From assembly GCA_963799845.1 (NCBI GenBank), contig CAWCYI010000007.1, forward strand, positions 128,001 to 192,000: a DNA stretch of 64,000 nt, written 5' to 3'. Every line of letters begins with the position of its first letter. Within the stretch, counting starts at the first letter, position 1. Below, one piece after another: positions 49,393-57,701 of the stretch. This DNA is from an uncultured Nitrososphaerota archaeon (GTDB lineage: Archaea; Thermoproteota; Nitrososphaeria; Nitrososphaerales; CADDZS01). The notes under the pieces were generated by a model. The model made no database searches and had not been told where the DNA came from. It saw only the letters and a list, made by a program, of their open reading frames with translations. The translations under genes and the position numbers were made by a program.

Positions 49393-50055
49393 ATGCAAAA
49401 TGGCGAACAATCCGGAATTTTGGAATCAGCTCAACTCGCGTCAAGTTCCGCTAAGACTCGTTCTTCCACAGAGGAGAAAAAGCGTCGAGTTGTAATTGTT
49501 GGAATTCCCGGCGTCGGCAAGAGCACTGTCGTCACAAGAGTAGTTGGGATCATTAGAGAAAAGGGGCATACTGTTGAACTCGTAAACTATGGTACAACGA
49601 TGATGGAGGAAGCAACGAGACGGCACGGATTGAAATCAAGGGATGATATGCGAAAGCTTCCAGTCGAACTTCAGAGGGCCCTCCAGGTTTATGCTGCAGA
49701 GAGGATCTCAGAACTCGAAAACCAATTCGTGATTATCGACACCCATCTCTTCATCGTGACTAAGGAGGGATTTTGGCCTGGGATGCCTCTCGACGTGCTG
49801 CGCGCATTGAAGCCGACTCATCTAGTGTTAGTTTCAGCATCCCTTGAAGAGATCAAGTCCCGAAGAGAAAACGACTCAACGAGGTCGAGGGACAGTGCAA
49901 CACTTGAGTCGCTAGAACTGGAAATGGACGCGGCAAAGTCGCTCCTATTTGCTTCAAGCTTGATCTGTGGCTGTCCAATGTTGATAGTTACAAACTCCAC
50001 TGATAAAGTCGACGAGGCAGCCAAAAGGATAATCAACTCGGTGTTATCCAACTAA
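49393..50055 (+). CDS. adk: Adenylate kinase, archaeal type
   Basis: GIPGVGKST, RDDMRKL, IDTH, G.WPG.P; follows secY. Confidence 0.93.
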   Translation: MQNGEQSGILESAQLASSSAKTRSSTEEKKRRVVIVGIPGVGKSTVVTRVVGIIREKGHTVELVNYGTTMMEEATRRHGLKSRDDMRKLPVELQRALQVYAAERISELENQFVIIDTHLFIVTKEGFWPGMPLDVLRALKPTHLVLVSASLEEIKSRRENDSTRSRDSATLESLELEMDAAKSLLFASSLICGCPMLIVTNSTDKVDEAAKRIINSVLSN

Positions 50056-50071
50056 ATTACGGTGTAAGATA

Positions 50072-50602
50072 GTGCCATTAGAGGCTTTGTTAGGGGTGCT
50101 GAACGGCCTTTCAAATTCAGCTTTGCAGATCCCCGCGCCGGTGACAATCTCCCTTGAACAGACATTTCTCGTAATTGCCGAGGCGCTGGGAGTTAATTGT
50201 CTATATGCCGTTGGAAGGCGTAAATTTACAAACATTGAGAAGATGAGGCGATACAACGCTGAGATGAAAGCGTTCAGATCGGAAATGTCGGCAGCGCAAA
50301 AAGCTGGTGACAAACAAAAGCTGGATAAGCTAAAGAAAAAGCAGCAGCAGATGCAAAAAATGCAGGCAGAAATGAGCATGGATAATTTGAAGCCTACTCT
50401 TTTATTCATGCTACCGTTGCTTGGGGTCTACTACCTTGTTAGTAGCTTCATCAAGAACGCCACTCTCGCGGTTGCTCCAATTCCGTTTCAACTTTTCAAT
50501 TATGGGCCGCCGATCGAAGTTCCATTTTTCTGGTGGTATATGGTCTGCTCATTCACTTTCAGTGGAATAATAACCCGTCTGTTCGGTCTGTCTTTAGACT
50601 AG
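50072..50602 (+). CDS. DUF106 (EMC3/TMCO1/YidC-like) membrane insertase
   Basis: TM - coiled coil - KP.L TM - WY..CSF; canonical position after adk. Confidence 0.88.
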   Translation: MPLEALLGVLNGLSNSALQIPAPVTISLEQTFLVIAEALGVNCLYAVGRRKFTNIEKMRRYNAEMKAFRSEMSAAQKAGDKQKLDKLKKKQQQMQKMQAEMSMDNLKPTLLFMLPLLGVYYLVSSFIKNATLAVAPIPFQLFNYGPPIEVPFFWWYMVCSFTFSGIITRLFGLSLD

Positions 50603-50721
50603 CCTCCTGCTCTAATTTTTCCTGAATTCGATCCTTAACTGTGATTCCATAATTTTTAATTCAGGAAAACAAAGGCAAAGTCACAAATTGTCTAGAATAG
50701 CAGGAAGTTGTCTTTCGGAAC

Positions 50722-51325
50722 ATGCATTCTAAACGTAAGAGAATCTCCGTAATTATTTCTGGAATGCCATCGGTAGGAAAGACGACTGCCGCCAATGCGA
50801 TCGCTCGAGAATACCATCTGAAGCATGTTGCGGGTGGGGATATGTTGAAGCAGATTGCAATCGATCGAGGTTATCACTTATCTGGTCCTGAATGGTGGGA
50901 TACTGCAGAAGGAATGAGGTTTCTTTCGGAAAGGAAAAAAGACCCAGATTTTGATAGAATCGTTGATCAAAAGCTCGCCGAACATGTCCGCTTGGGGAAC
51001 GTAGTGATGACGAGCTGATTCTATGCCCTGGCTAGCAAAAAACGACGGCCTCAAATTATGGTTTCACGCCTCACAAAAAACACGGGCTGCTCGTCTTGCT
51101 GGAAGAGACTCCATAAGCAAGACTCGTGCGTTGGCCATAATTAAGAAAAGAGATCAAGAGAACAAAAGGCTCTACAAGGAGCTTTATGGAATAAGTTTTG
51201 GTGACGATCTATCCCCATTTCATTTCATTATTGACACTAACAAAATGTCTGCTGAGGAAGTTGCAAGAGCATCCTGCAAGATTGTGGGTGAGTATGCTCG
51301 GGCGAAATCAAGGAAGATTCGCTAA
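50722..51325 (+). CDS. cmk: Cytidylate kinase with one apparent +1 frameshift at 51017
   Basis: ISGMPSVGKTT, AGGDML, D..VD. Deleting G51017 gives VVMTSYSMPWL ... R..R...RD, Y..LYGI. Confidence 0.9.
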
Positions 51326-51328
51326 CAG

Positions 51329-52462
51329 ATGAGCACCCAGTTGTTGAATCTCGATAGATTCACCAAGGAGACGGCCCTTCGAAACGAGACTGATTTGATT
51401 GTAATACGACCTGAAGAGCCTTCTAATCCGGCCTATGGTCATGCTCCCTCAAATCGACCGATTATCGAATATTTGAAAAACGGATTTGTCGTACTGGACA
51501 AACCTCAGGGGCCCACCAGCCATGAAGTCGTAGCTTGGGTCCGAAAAATGCTTTCTCTGGAAAGAGCCGGCCATTCTGGCACACTTGACCCGATGGTTTC
51601 CGGTCTTTTGCCAATTGGATTGGGAAATGCCACGAAAGCGCTCTCGGTTTTACTGCTCGGCCCAAAGGAGTACATTTGTGTTGCGAGGATTCATGATTCA
51701 GTCCCCAAGGACCTTCTTTTTGGGGTAATTAGGCAATTCGTTGGACCAATCTATCAAAAGCCGCCACAGAGGTCATCGGTGAAAAGAGTGACTAGGACCC
51801 GAACAATTTACGAATTGGAAATATTGGAGCAGGTTGGAAATCTATTACTTTTGAGAATCCTCTGCGAGGCTGGAACCTACATTCGAAAACTTGTCTATGA
51901 TATAGGAGAGGTCATCACCGTCGGTGCGACAATGGTCGAACTTCGTAGAACTCGGGTGTGCCATCTGACCGAGGAGGATCTAGTGAGGCTGCACGACCTG
52001 CATGAGGCAAACGAGATTTTCAAAGAGTCAAAATCAGAATCGAGACTCCGCGAGCTGATCAAGCCTATCGAATTTGCGGTCTCGTTCCTGAAGCAGATCA
52101 GAATTAGAGACTCTGCGGTAGAGTCCATTTGTCAGGGCGCACAGCTCGCCATCCCCGGCATCGTTTCGATGTCGAAAGGAATCAAGAAGGGAGAGATTGT
52201 CAGGATAATGACGGGAAAGGGAGAGCTCGTGGCAATCGCTGAAGCCCAACTCGTTGGGGAAGATATCTTGAAAGAGCAGCATGGGCTCGCGACTGTCACG
52301 AAGAGAGTCACGATGAATACCGGAACCTACCCGAAGATGTGGAAATCGAAAGCGGAAGTTCTTGTCAGCGAAGGAATTTCCGAAGTCCTCCTCAAGGAGT
52401 CGATCCTAGATAGGCTCGAAAAAGACGAACAGGAAGAATTAGTGAATCGGAAAAAAAGATAG
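51329..52462 (+). CDS. cbf5: H/ACA pseudouridine synthase Cbf5 (TruB family, PUA domain)
   Basis: DKPQGPTSHEV, GHSGTLDP, KEY, YQKPP..S.VKR, CEAGTYIRKL, ELRRTR. Confidence 0.96.
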   Translation: MSTQLLNLDRFTKETALRNETDLIVIRPEEPSNPAYGHAPSNRPIIEYLKNGFVVLDKPQGPTSHEVVAWVRKMLSLERAGHSGTLDPMVSGLLPIGLGNATKALSVLLLGPKEYICVARIHDSVPKDLLFGVIRQFVGPIYQKPPQRSSVKRVTRTRTIYELEILEQVGNLLLLRILCEAGTYIRKLVYDIGEVITVGATMVELRRTRVCHLTEEDLVRLHDLHEANEIFKESKSESRLRELIKPIEFAVSFLKQIRIRDSAVESICQGAQLAIPGIVSMSKGIKKGEIVRIMTGKGELVAIAEAQLVGEDILKEQHGLATVTKRVTMNTGTYPKMWKSKAEVLVSEGISEVLLKESILDRLEKDEQEELVNRKKR

Positions 52463-52520
52463 AAATACACTAATCGCAGAGGAAAAACGAAAGCACAAGA
52501 TATTCAGGGAACGACTGGAT

Positions 52521-52741
52521 GCCGGGGTCGCCTAGAGCTTCCAGTTAAGTCAGTTTTCGAACTAGAGGCGGGAATCCTGGTAGGGCGCAGCTTCTGACCG
52601 CGGGCTTCTCAAGAAGACCGTGAAGGATTTGCGTACGCCTGGAAAACCAAGGCCTTCCCAAGCGCGCTAACTTGGTGCGTCTTGCAAAACGGAAAGCCTG
52701 TGACCGCATTGGTCTCGTGGGTTCAAATCCCACCCCCGGCG
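52521..52741 (+). tRNA. tRNA-Ser(GGA) with three introns: 15/16 (52536-52575, 40 nt), 29/30 (52591-52636, 46 nt), 37/38 (52645-52694, 50 nt)
   Basis: Spliced: GCCGGGG TC GCCT AGCCTGGTA GGGC G CAGGC CT GGA AA GCCTG TGACCGCATTGGTC TC GTGGG TTCAAAT CCCAC CCCCGGC G. All stems pair, with a long variable arm and G73 typical of Ser; BHB-like junctions. Confidence 0.92.
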
Positions 52742-52780
52742 TTTTCCTTTTTCTCTGATTTTTTCATTTCTTTCTCATCT
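52742..52780 (+). terminator. Oligo-T (pyrimidine-rich) archaeal terminator after tRNA-Ser
   Basis: TTTTCCTTTTTCTCTGATTTTTTCATTTCTTTCTC immediately 3' of the tRNA. Confidence 0.6.
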
Positions 52781-52831
52781 CAAAGCAGCCTTTTGGCCCG
52801 AGTGATAGACACTCCGACGATCCGTTCAATG

Positions 52832-52903
52832 CGTTTCGAGCTCTTCTAAGCTAACAGAGCTCCGTTCTGAGCTGAACGAATTGAACAGTGCTCGAACGTA
52901 GCT
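52832..52903. repeat. Non-coding AGCT cluster
   Basis: AGCT at 52839, 52849, 52858, 52870, 52900; starts with CGTTTCGAGCTCT, identical to 17633-17645. Confidence 0.65.
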
Positions 52904-53118
52904 CTCCCGTCAGAACGTACGCGCGGTTGCGAAACGGCAGAATTTTTCTCTGTATGAATCAATGATAATTCCAATTTAAAGGATAAAATCATCCCGAGGT
53001 TCGTAGGTCTGGACTTTCGTTTATTGCACAAAACGACAAGCTAGATTTGTTTTTTCAATTCAATCTTGTAATTTGATCTTCTGCCAGATCGATAGTTTCT
53101 GTAAAAAGGGGTAACTCT

Positions 53119-53700
53119 CTAACCTTGCTGGCAGACAAAGCCGTAATGGTGTGGCCCCGGATTTAGGGCATAAACAATCACAAAACCATTTTCCCTGATA
53201 ATAAGCCGGGATTCATTTTCAGAAAGTCTCCTTTCGAGTGGAGGTCCCATATTCTCTGTTTCTCGTTTGTGCCAGTCGATGTCGACGATCCGGGCTGTCT
53301 GTTTCGCGATACGTCGTATCTCGTTGAAGAACGACTTCTTATCTTTCAAGTCGTGCAGAATATTTGCAAAAATGACAAGGTCTACGCTTTGATCCGGAAT
53401 ATCCGTGCTACTAACATCGGCTTCAATAATCCTAATTTTGGCGAGATTTTTTTCCAAGTTTGAACTCCCCAAGTTAGTCTTCAAATAACGCAGCATCACT
53501 GGATTATTGTCCACTGCGTAGAGCTGACCGAGACTTCCAATCTTCATCGCGAGTGGAATAGTGAAGAATCCAGGCCCGCAGGCGAGGTCTGCTGCGGACG
53601 AACCCTCAGCGATCCCTATTTGTTCGAGAATATCTTCGGGATTCTGCCACTCCTTCCGATCTTCCGCCATCAATAACTTGGCAAAATCATCGCTGTCCAA
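53119..53700 (-). CDS. Class I SAM-dependent methyltransferase
   Basis: ADLACGPGFF, YAVD, D.V...NILH, DW.K....GPP. Confidence 0.88.
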   Translation of the reverse strand: MDSDDFAKLLMAEDRKEWQNPEDILEQIGIAEGSSAADLACGPGFFTIPLAMKIGSLGQLYAVDNNPVMLRYLKTNLGSSNLEKNLAKIRIIEADVSSTDIPDQSVDLVIFANILHDLKDKKSFFNEIRRIAKQTARIVDIDWHKRETENMGPPLERRLSENESRLIIRENGFVIVYALNPGPHHYGFVCQQG

Positions 53701-53778
53701 TTTTAGTAAAAACTCCAGTCGTCGATGCTAATTCAAAAATATGTCTCAGTCTGAGACGTGGCAATATTGTGAAATACT

Positions 53779-54336
53779 TTGATCAAGCCCAAATTTTCAA
53801 TCCCGATGACTGTCCTAGGAAAAAGCGAACTAATAAAGCTCGTAGAGAATCAAAAGACAATCTACCCATTCGACTATGAGCTTTTCGACGGAGATGGTTA
53901 TGTTCTAACGGTCAGAGAAGAGGTTACTCTGAATTATCTAGAGCATAGAAACGTCATTTCGCATGAAGTAATTTTTACTCCTCCAGATTTAGTAGGGCAT
54001 CTTACTGCAAAGAGTAAATTTGGCAGACTGGGTTTGTCTTTTCTAAATTCAGTCAAAGTTCACAGCGGATTCGTCGGCAGGCTTGCGCTCGAATTGGTAA
54101 ATCTAAACAACGAGAGAGCTCCTATTACTATACGCCGAGGCGACCCTCTCATTCATATTGAATTTGATACGAGGGAAGGATTGCCGAGCCCATACGCAGG
54201 TCAGTACATGTTTCAATATTTGAATGACGACGAATGCGTCATGTACTCTAGATTGTTGTTGTCTGAAAAATATCACAACTTATTTACAAGAGAAGACGTA
54301 GAAAAAAAAGTCAAAGCAAGGGTCAAGTTTGAATAG
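53779..54336 (+). CDS. dCTP deaminase/dUTPase-fold protein
   Basis: KSKFGRLGL, VHSGF.G.L.LE..N, I..G, Y.G.Y..Q. Confidence 0.72.
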   Translation: MIKPKFSIPMTVLGKSELIKLVENQKTIYPFDYELFDGDGYVLTVREEVTLNYLEHRNVISHEVIFTPPDLVGHLTAKSKFGRLGLSFLNSVKVHSGFVGRLALELVNLNNERAPITIRRGDPLIHIEFDTREGLPSPYAGQYMFQYLNDDECVMYSRLLLSEKYHNLFTREDVEKKVKARVKFE

Positions 54337-54388
54337 GATATTAAAAAATGGACAAGCTTTTAAAATCGCGGAATGACCCTTCGAAAGA

Positions 54389-54943
54389 TTGACTTTCCGA
54401 ACAGGGAAGAAGCACAAAGTGCAGGAATCTGGCAAGTCAGCAAGAAACGTCCTAAAACTTGCTTCGCGTTTTCAAAGATTTCTAACTACGGGAGTGGCAA
54501 CGAGGAAAGATCTGAAAGATATCGACGATCAATTCGACGCCTTGGTTTCTCAACAAGGAGACAAAATTCTGATGCTCCTTGATCAACTCCGAGATCACGC
54601 TCCCAGAGGTGAGGTACAAGATAGGGTTGAGCGAACTTGCGAGGTCTGGGTGAAGTGGCTTACTGATCTGGATTCAAAAGGAAGACTCGGTTATTCGAGT
54701 CTAAAATCTGCGGGAATTGAATCAGAAACACACGGGTTATTACTCGAATCTGCAGTTAATGCTGAAACAGATCTTTTTCGAATGCTCTTAACTTTCAAGA
54801 CAAATTTGTCATCCTTGGTAAGGAATATCTCCAATATCAACCCGATGACATTGGATGTTCTTTGCGGAGTCGAAGAAATAATCGATGCTTATGAGCAAAA
54901 GCAGAAAGCGCTCGCTAAAATCGCTTCAAGTCTAAGTCACTAG
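54389..54943 (+). CDS. Hypothetical helical protein
   Basis: 184-aa ORF with no competing frame and no recognised motif. Confidence 0.55.
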   Translation: MTFRTGKKHKVQESGKSARNVLKLASRFQRFLTTGVATRKDLKDIDDQFDALVSQQGDKILMLLDQLRDHAPRGEVQDRVERTCEVWVKWLTDLDSKGRLGYSSLKSAGIESETHGLLLESAVNAETDLFRMLLTFKTNLSSLVRNISNINPMTLDVLCGVEEIIDAYEQKQKALAKIASSLSH

Positions 54944-55070
54944 CCATTTGTCTCGTCCTTACTAAATTTTCAGAGCAGGCCGCAATCCCTCTGTGCCTAT
55001 TACGGATAGCGACTTTCGAAGCTCTAGCCTCAAGGAATGATTTTTAATCAAAACTGACTTTCCTCTTCTT

Positions 55071-55277
55071 ATGATTTATCGTTTCTCAGATAACCTCACA
55101 GACAAACAAATTCAGGAGCTTACTTCGCGATTGGAAAACAGAAAGATTACAAAGTTCGAATACGAGGTTCAAGGAACAGACAACTATTTCGTGCTAGGAT
55201 TTGACGATGAAACGAAACTCACGATTTTCTACGAGTCGGGAAAGGGTAGCGTCGTGCTGGGAGAAGGTTTTCCTTAA
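55071..55277 (+). CDS. Small hypothetical protein
   Basis: 68-aa ATG ORF with a TTTTAA box about 25 bp upstream. Confidence 0.5.
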   Translation: MIYRFSDNLTDKQIQELTSRLENRKITKFEYEVQGTDNYFVLGFDDETKLTIFYESGKGSVVLGEGFP

Positions 55278-55798
55278 CTGGAAGTAACTTTGAGCTCTTC
55301 CGTCAGGAATAGATCGTATTGATTTACCATACCGACTGCGATATCGTCTCGTGTGATTAAGAGTCTCCTGAAATTCTTCTCTTGCATCAAATCAATTGCC
55401 TTCTTGACCGATGTCTTTTCGTCTACTGAGACGAGTGGGGAAGACATTATTTTCCTCAACAAAACGTGGGCAGCAGGAAGATCTTCGGCGACTATTTTGT
55501 AGAGCATATCCCTCTCTGTGACGATCCCAACTGGTCTTCCGTTTTGTGTGACAAAAATACTGCCTGTTTTCTTCTCTCGCATCAATCTGGCGGCATCCCA
55601 GGCGCTCGAATTGATATCTATGGTCAGAAGTTCACGAATCATGAACTTGCCGATTGGTTCATCAAGAGACGTTTTTGCATCGGTCCAGTCTATCCAGAAC
55701 GAAACGTTTGCATTACACCTGGTGCAAGTATCGGGTGGCATTTCCTGATCGTAAACCTCACCACACCGGTAACACTTCCATTTCGGCAATATATTCAT
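55274..55798 (-). CDS. Rubredoxin-like Zn/Fe ribbon fused to a CBS pair
   Basis: WKCYRCG..Y....PP..CTRC, then CBS motifs GIVTERD and IMSSPL. Confidence 0.8.
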   Translation of the reverse strand: MNILPKWKCYRCGEVYDQEMPPDTCTRCNANVSFWIDWTDAKTSLDEPIGKFMIRELLTIDINSSAWDAARLMREKKTGSIFVTQNGRPVGIVTERDMLYKIVAEDLPAAHVLLRKIMSSPLVSVDEKTSVKKAIDLMQEKNFRRLLITRDDIAVGMVNQYDLFLTEELKVTSS

Positions 55799-55848
55799 GA
55801 AGAGTTTTGCTTAAACATAACATTTACTCAACAAAATCGCTTCGAGTG

Positions 55849-56202
55849 CTATACTGAGCCAAAACCGTCAGTATTATGCTCTTCTGGCTTTATGCTTTCA
55901 TATTCGACTACCATTTCGTTGTTCAAGAGGCGCCTCTGGACTTCTGTGATAAGGTCTTCAATCTGCTGTTCGGTTGGGTTCTCCGTTCTTTTGATAAGCT
56001 GAACATCCTCCTCCGAAATGTTCACGCTAACATTGTGGCCACCGTAATTCCCACCGAATGCTACTCCCTCGAACGCGACTTTCATGGACTGTCCTTCCGG
56101 CCGCCGCAATAGGAAATAACCCTTCATCCTGTAAGATGACCCTAACCCTTCTAACCAATTGACGTAAACCTGTTGAAGTTCTTCTACCAACAAAGGAATC
56201 AA
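55849..56202 (-). CDS. Hypothetical protein
   Basis: 117-aa ORF co-oriented with the CBS gene. Confidence 0.45.
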   Translation of the reverse strand: MIPLLVEELQQVYVNWLEGLGSSYRMKGYFLLRRPEGQSMKVAFEGVAFGGNYGGHNVSVNISEEDVQLIKRTENPTEQQIEDLITEVQRRLLNNEMVVEYESIKPEEHNTDGFGSV

Positions 56203-56513
56203 TCTCTTTTCGATTTGAAATAAAAGTGATCCAGCTGATTTATGGGTTCTCTGAGTGATTCGACCAGGTACGTCTTATTACCTGCAAATCGGGCCGTGTC
56301 TTGTTGAATGATACCTATGGATTTTGAGTCAAACATGGTATAGAAATTTCCAGAAAGGTTGTTCTAGATATGAATTGCAAAGACAAAGGATTTCAGATCA
56401 CGACGAACTTTTCTTTCGTTTGCTCCGCGAAGACATCTCGAATCCTCACCCAAAGCCTTAATGCAATATCTGAAAAAAAAGTCGCCGTTATATTTAGAAG
56501 TTGATCTGAATTC

Positions 56514-57542
56514 TTGGAAAAACGAATAGCTCTAATCCGAGGAGATGGCACCGGTCCGGAACTTGTGCAAGCGATGATGACGGTCCTAAGAGCTACTGGA
56601 ACTAAAGCTGAATTCATACAGTGCGATGCTGGCTTGGAATGGTGGGAAAAGCACGGTGGGCCTTCTCTCGTTCCAGACGAAACTTGGAAAGTTCTAGACT
56701 CTTCAGACGCGTGTTTTAAAGGTCCCACGACAACTCCTTGGACCCCAGGTTCTCCGAGGAGTGTCGCTGTAAGTATCAGACAGAGATACAATCTTTACGC
56801 GAATGTCAGACCAATAAAGTCCTACAAGGGCCATATTTCGGTTTTGGGAGAAGTCGATTTTGTTTGTGTTAGGGAGGCGACCGAGGGCATGTACAGCGGG
56901 TTAGAGCACCGCCTAACCAACGATGTGGCTATAGGAATCCGAAAGATAACGAGACTTTCGAGTGAAAGAGTGACAGAGTTTGCTTTCAACGAAGCCGAGC
57001 GTCGAAATTGGTCAACTGTCTACGCCATTAACAAGGCGAACATTCTGAAGGAGACCGATGGTCTTTTCCTTGAGGCAGTTAGGTGTGTTGCTTCGAAACA
57101 TCCCGGAATAAAATTGGAAGAATCATTCATCGATAATTTTTCGCAGCAACTAGTAAAAAATCCCCAGCTTTTCAACCAGTCAATCATTCTCAGCACTAAT
57201 CTGTTCATGGACATTCTATCTGAAGAAGCCTCTGGACTTATCGGGAGTATTGGTACGGTTTATTCTGCAAACATTGGTGAAAAATACGCAATGTTCGAAC
57301 CGGCCCACGGGAGTTCACCAAAATACAAAGGATTGGACAAGGTCGATCCAGTTGCGACGATATTGTCGGGCGCTTGGCTCCTGAGTTACATCGGCGAGGA
57401 AGCTCGTTCAAAAGCGGTGTTTGATGCAACGCGGGAGATCATCGAGGAGAATAAGGTAGTCACATACGACCTCGGAGGAACGGCGAAGACATCCGAAATG
57501 ACCTCGGCAATTGCCGAAAGGGTCGGGAAGATCCTCGACTAA
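56514..57542 (+). CDS. Isocitrate/isopropylmalate dehydrogenase family beta-decarboxylating dehydrogenase
   Basis: GDGTGPE, KGPTTTP, YANVRP, REATEG.Y, KANIL, NLF.DILS, FEPAHGS.P, TYDLGG. Confidence 0.92.
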   Translation: MEKRIALIRGDGTGPELVQAMMTVLRATGTKAEFIQCDAGLEWWEKHGGPSLVPDETWKVLDSSDACFKGPTTTPWTPGSPRSVAVSIRQRYNLYANVRPIKSYKGHISVLGEVDFVCVREATEGMYSGLEHRLTNDVAIGIRKITRLSSERVTEFAFNEAERRNWSTVYAINKANILKETDGLFLEAVRCVASKHPGIKLEESFIDNFSQQLVKNPQLFNQSIILSTNLFMDILSEEASGLIGSIGTVYSANIGEKYAMFEPAHGSSPKYKGLDKVDPVATILSGAWLLSYIGEEARSKAVFDATREIIEENKVVTYDLGGTAKTSEMTSAIAERVGKILD

Positions 57543-57701
57543 ACCCGTCTTCGCGCAATGTCGAGGTCATATGAATCTGATTTTAAATGGTTGACTTCTC
57601 TCGATAGAATTGCGATCAGTTGATGAGATCCTCTTTTCTGAAATGATAAGAAAAAAAGATTTATTCGATGAATACCTGTCAAACTGAACATCGAGATTTC
57701 C

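Noticed and set aside
51011-51022. Programmed +1 frameshift at AGC-TGA-T in cmk and pgsA (resembles the antizyme UCC-UGA-U site)
   Set aside because: A +1 shift would give Ser-Asp, whereas deleting the G gives the expected Ser-Tyr in both proteins. thrS has the same AGCT+G lesion with no stop codon at the site. An artefact is more parsimonious.
51570-51600. BHB intron in cbf5, as in many Crenarchaeota
   Set aside because: The GHSGTLDP region is continuous and in frame with no insertion.
52742-56500. Integrated mobile element at tRNA-Ser or tRNA-Val
   Set aside because: Accessory-looking genes follow both tRNAs, but I saw no integrase, transposase or duplicated tRNA 3' end (att site).
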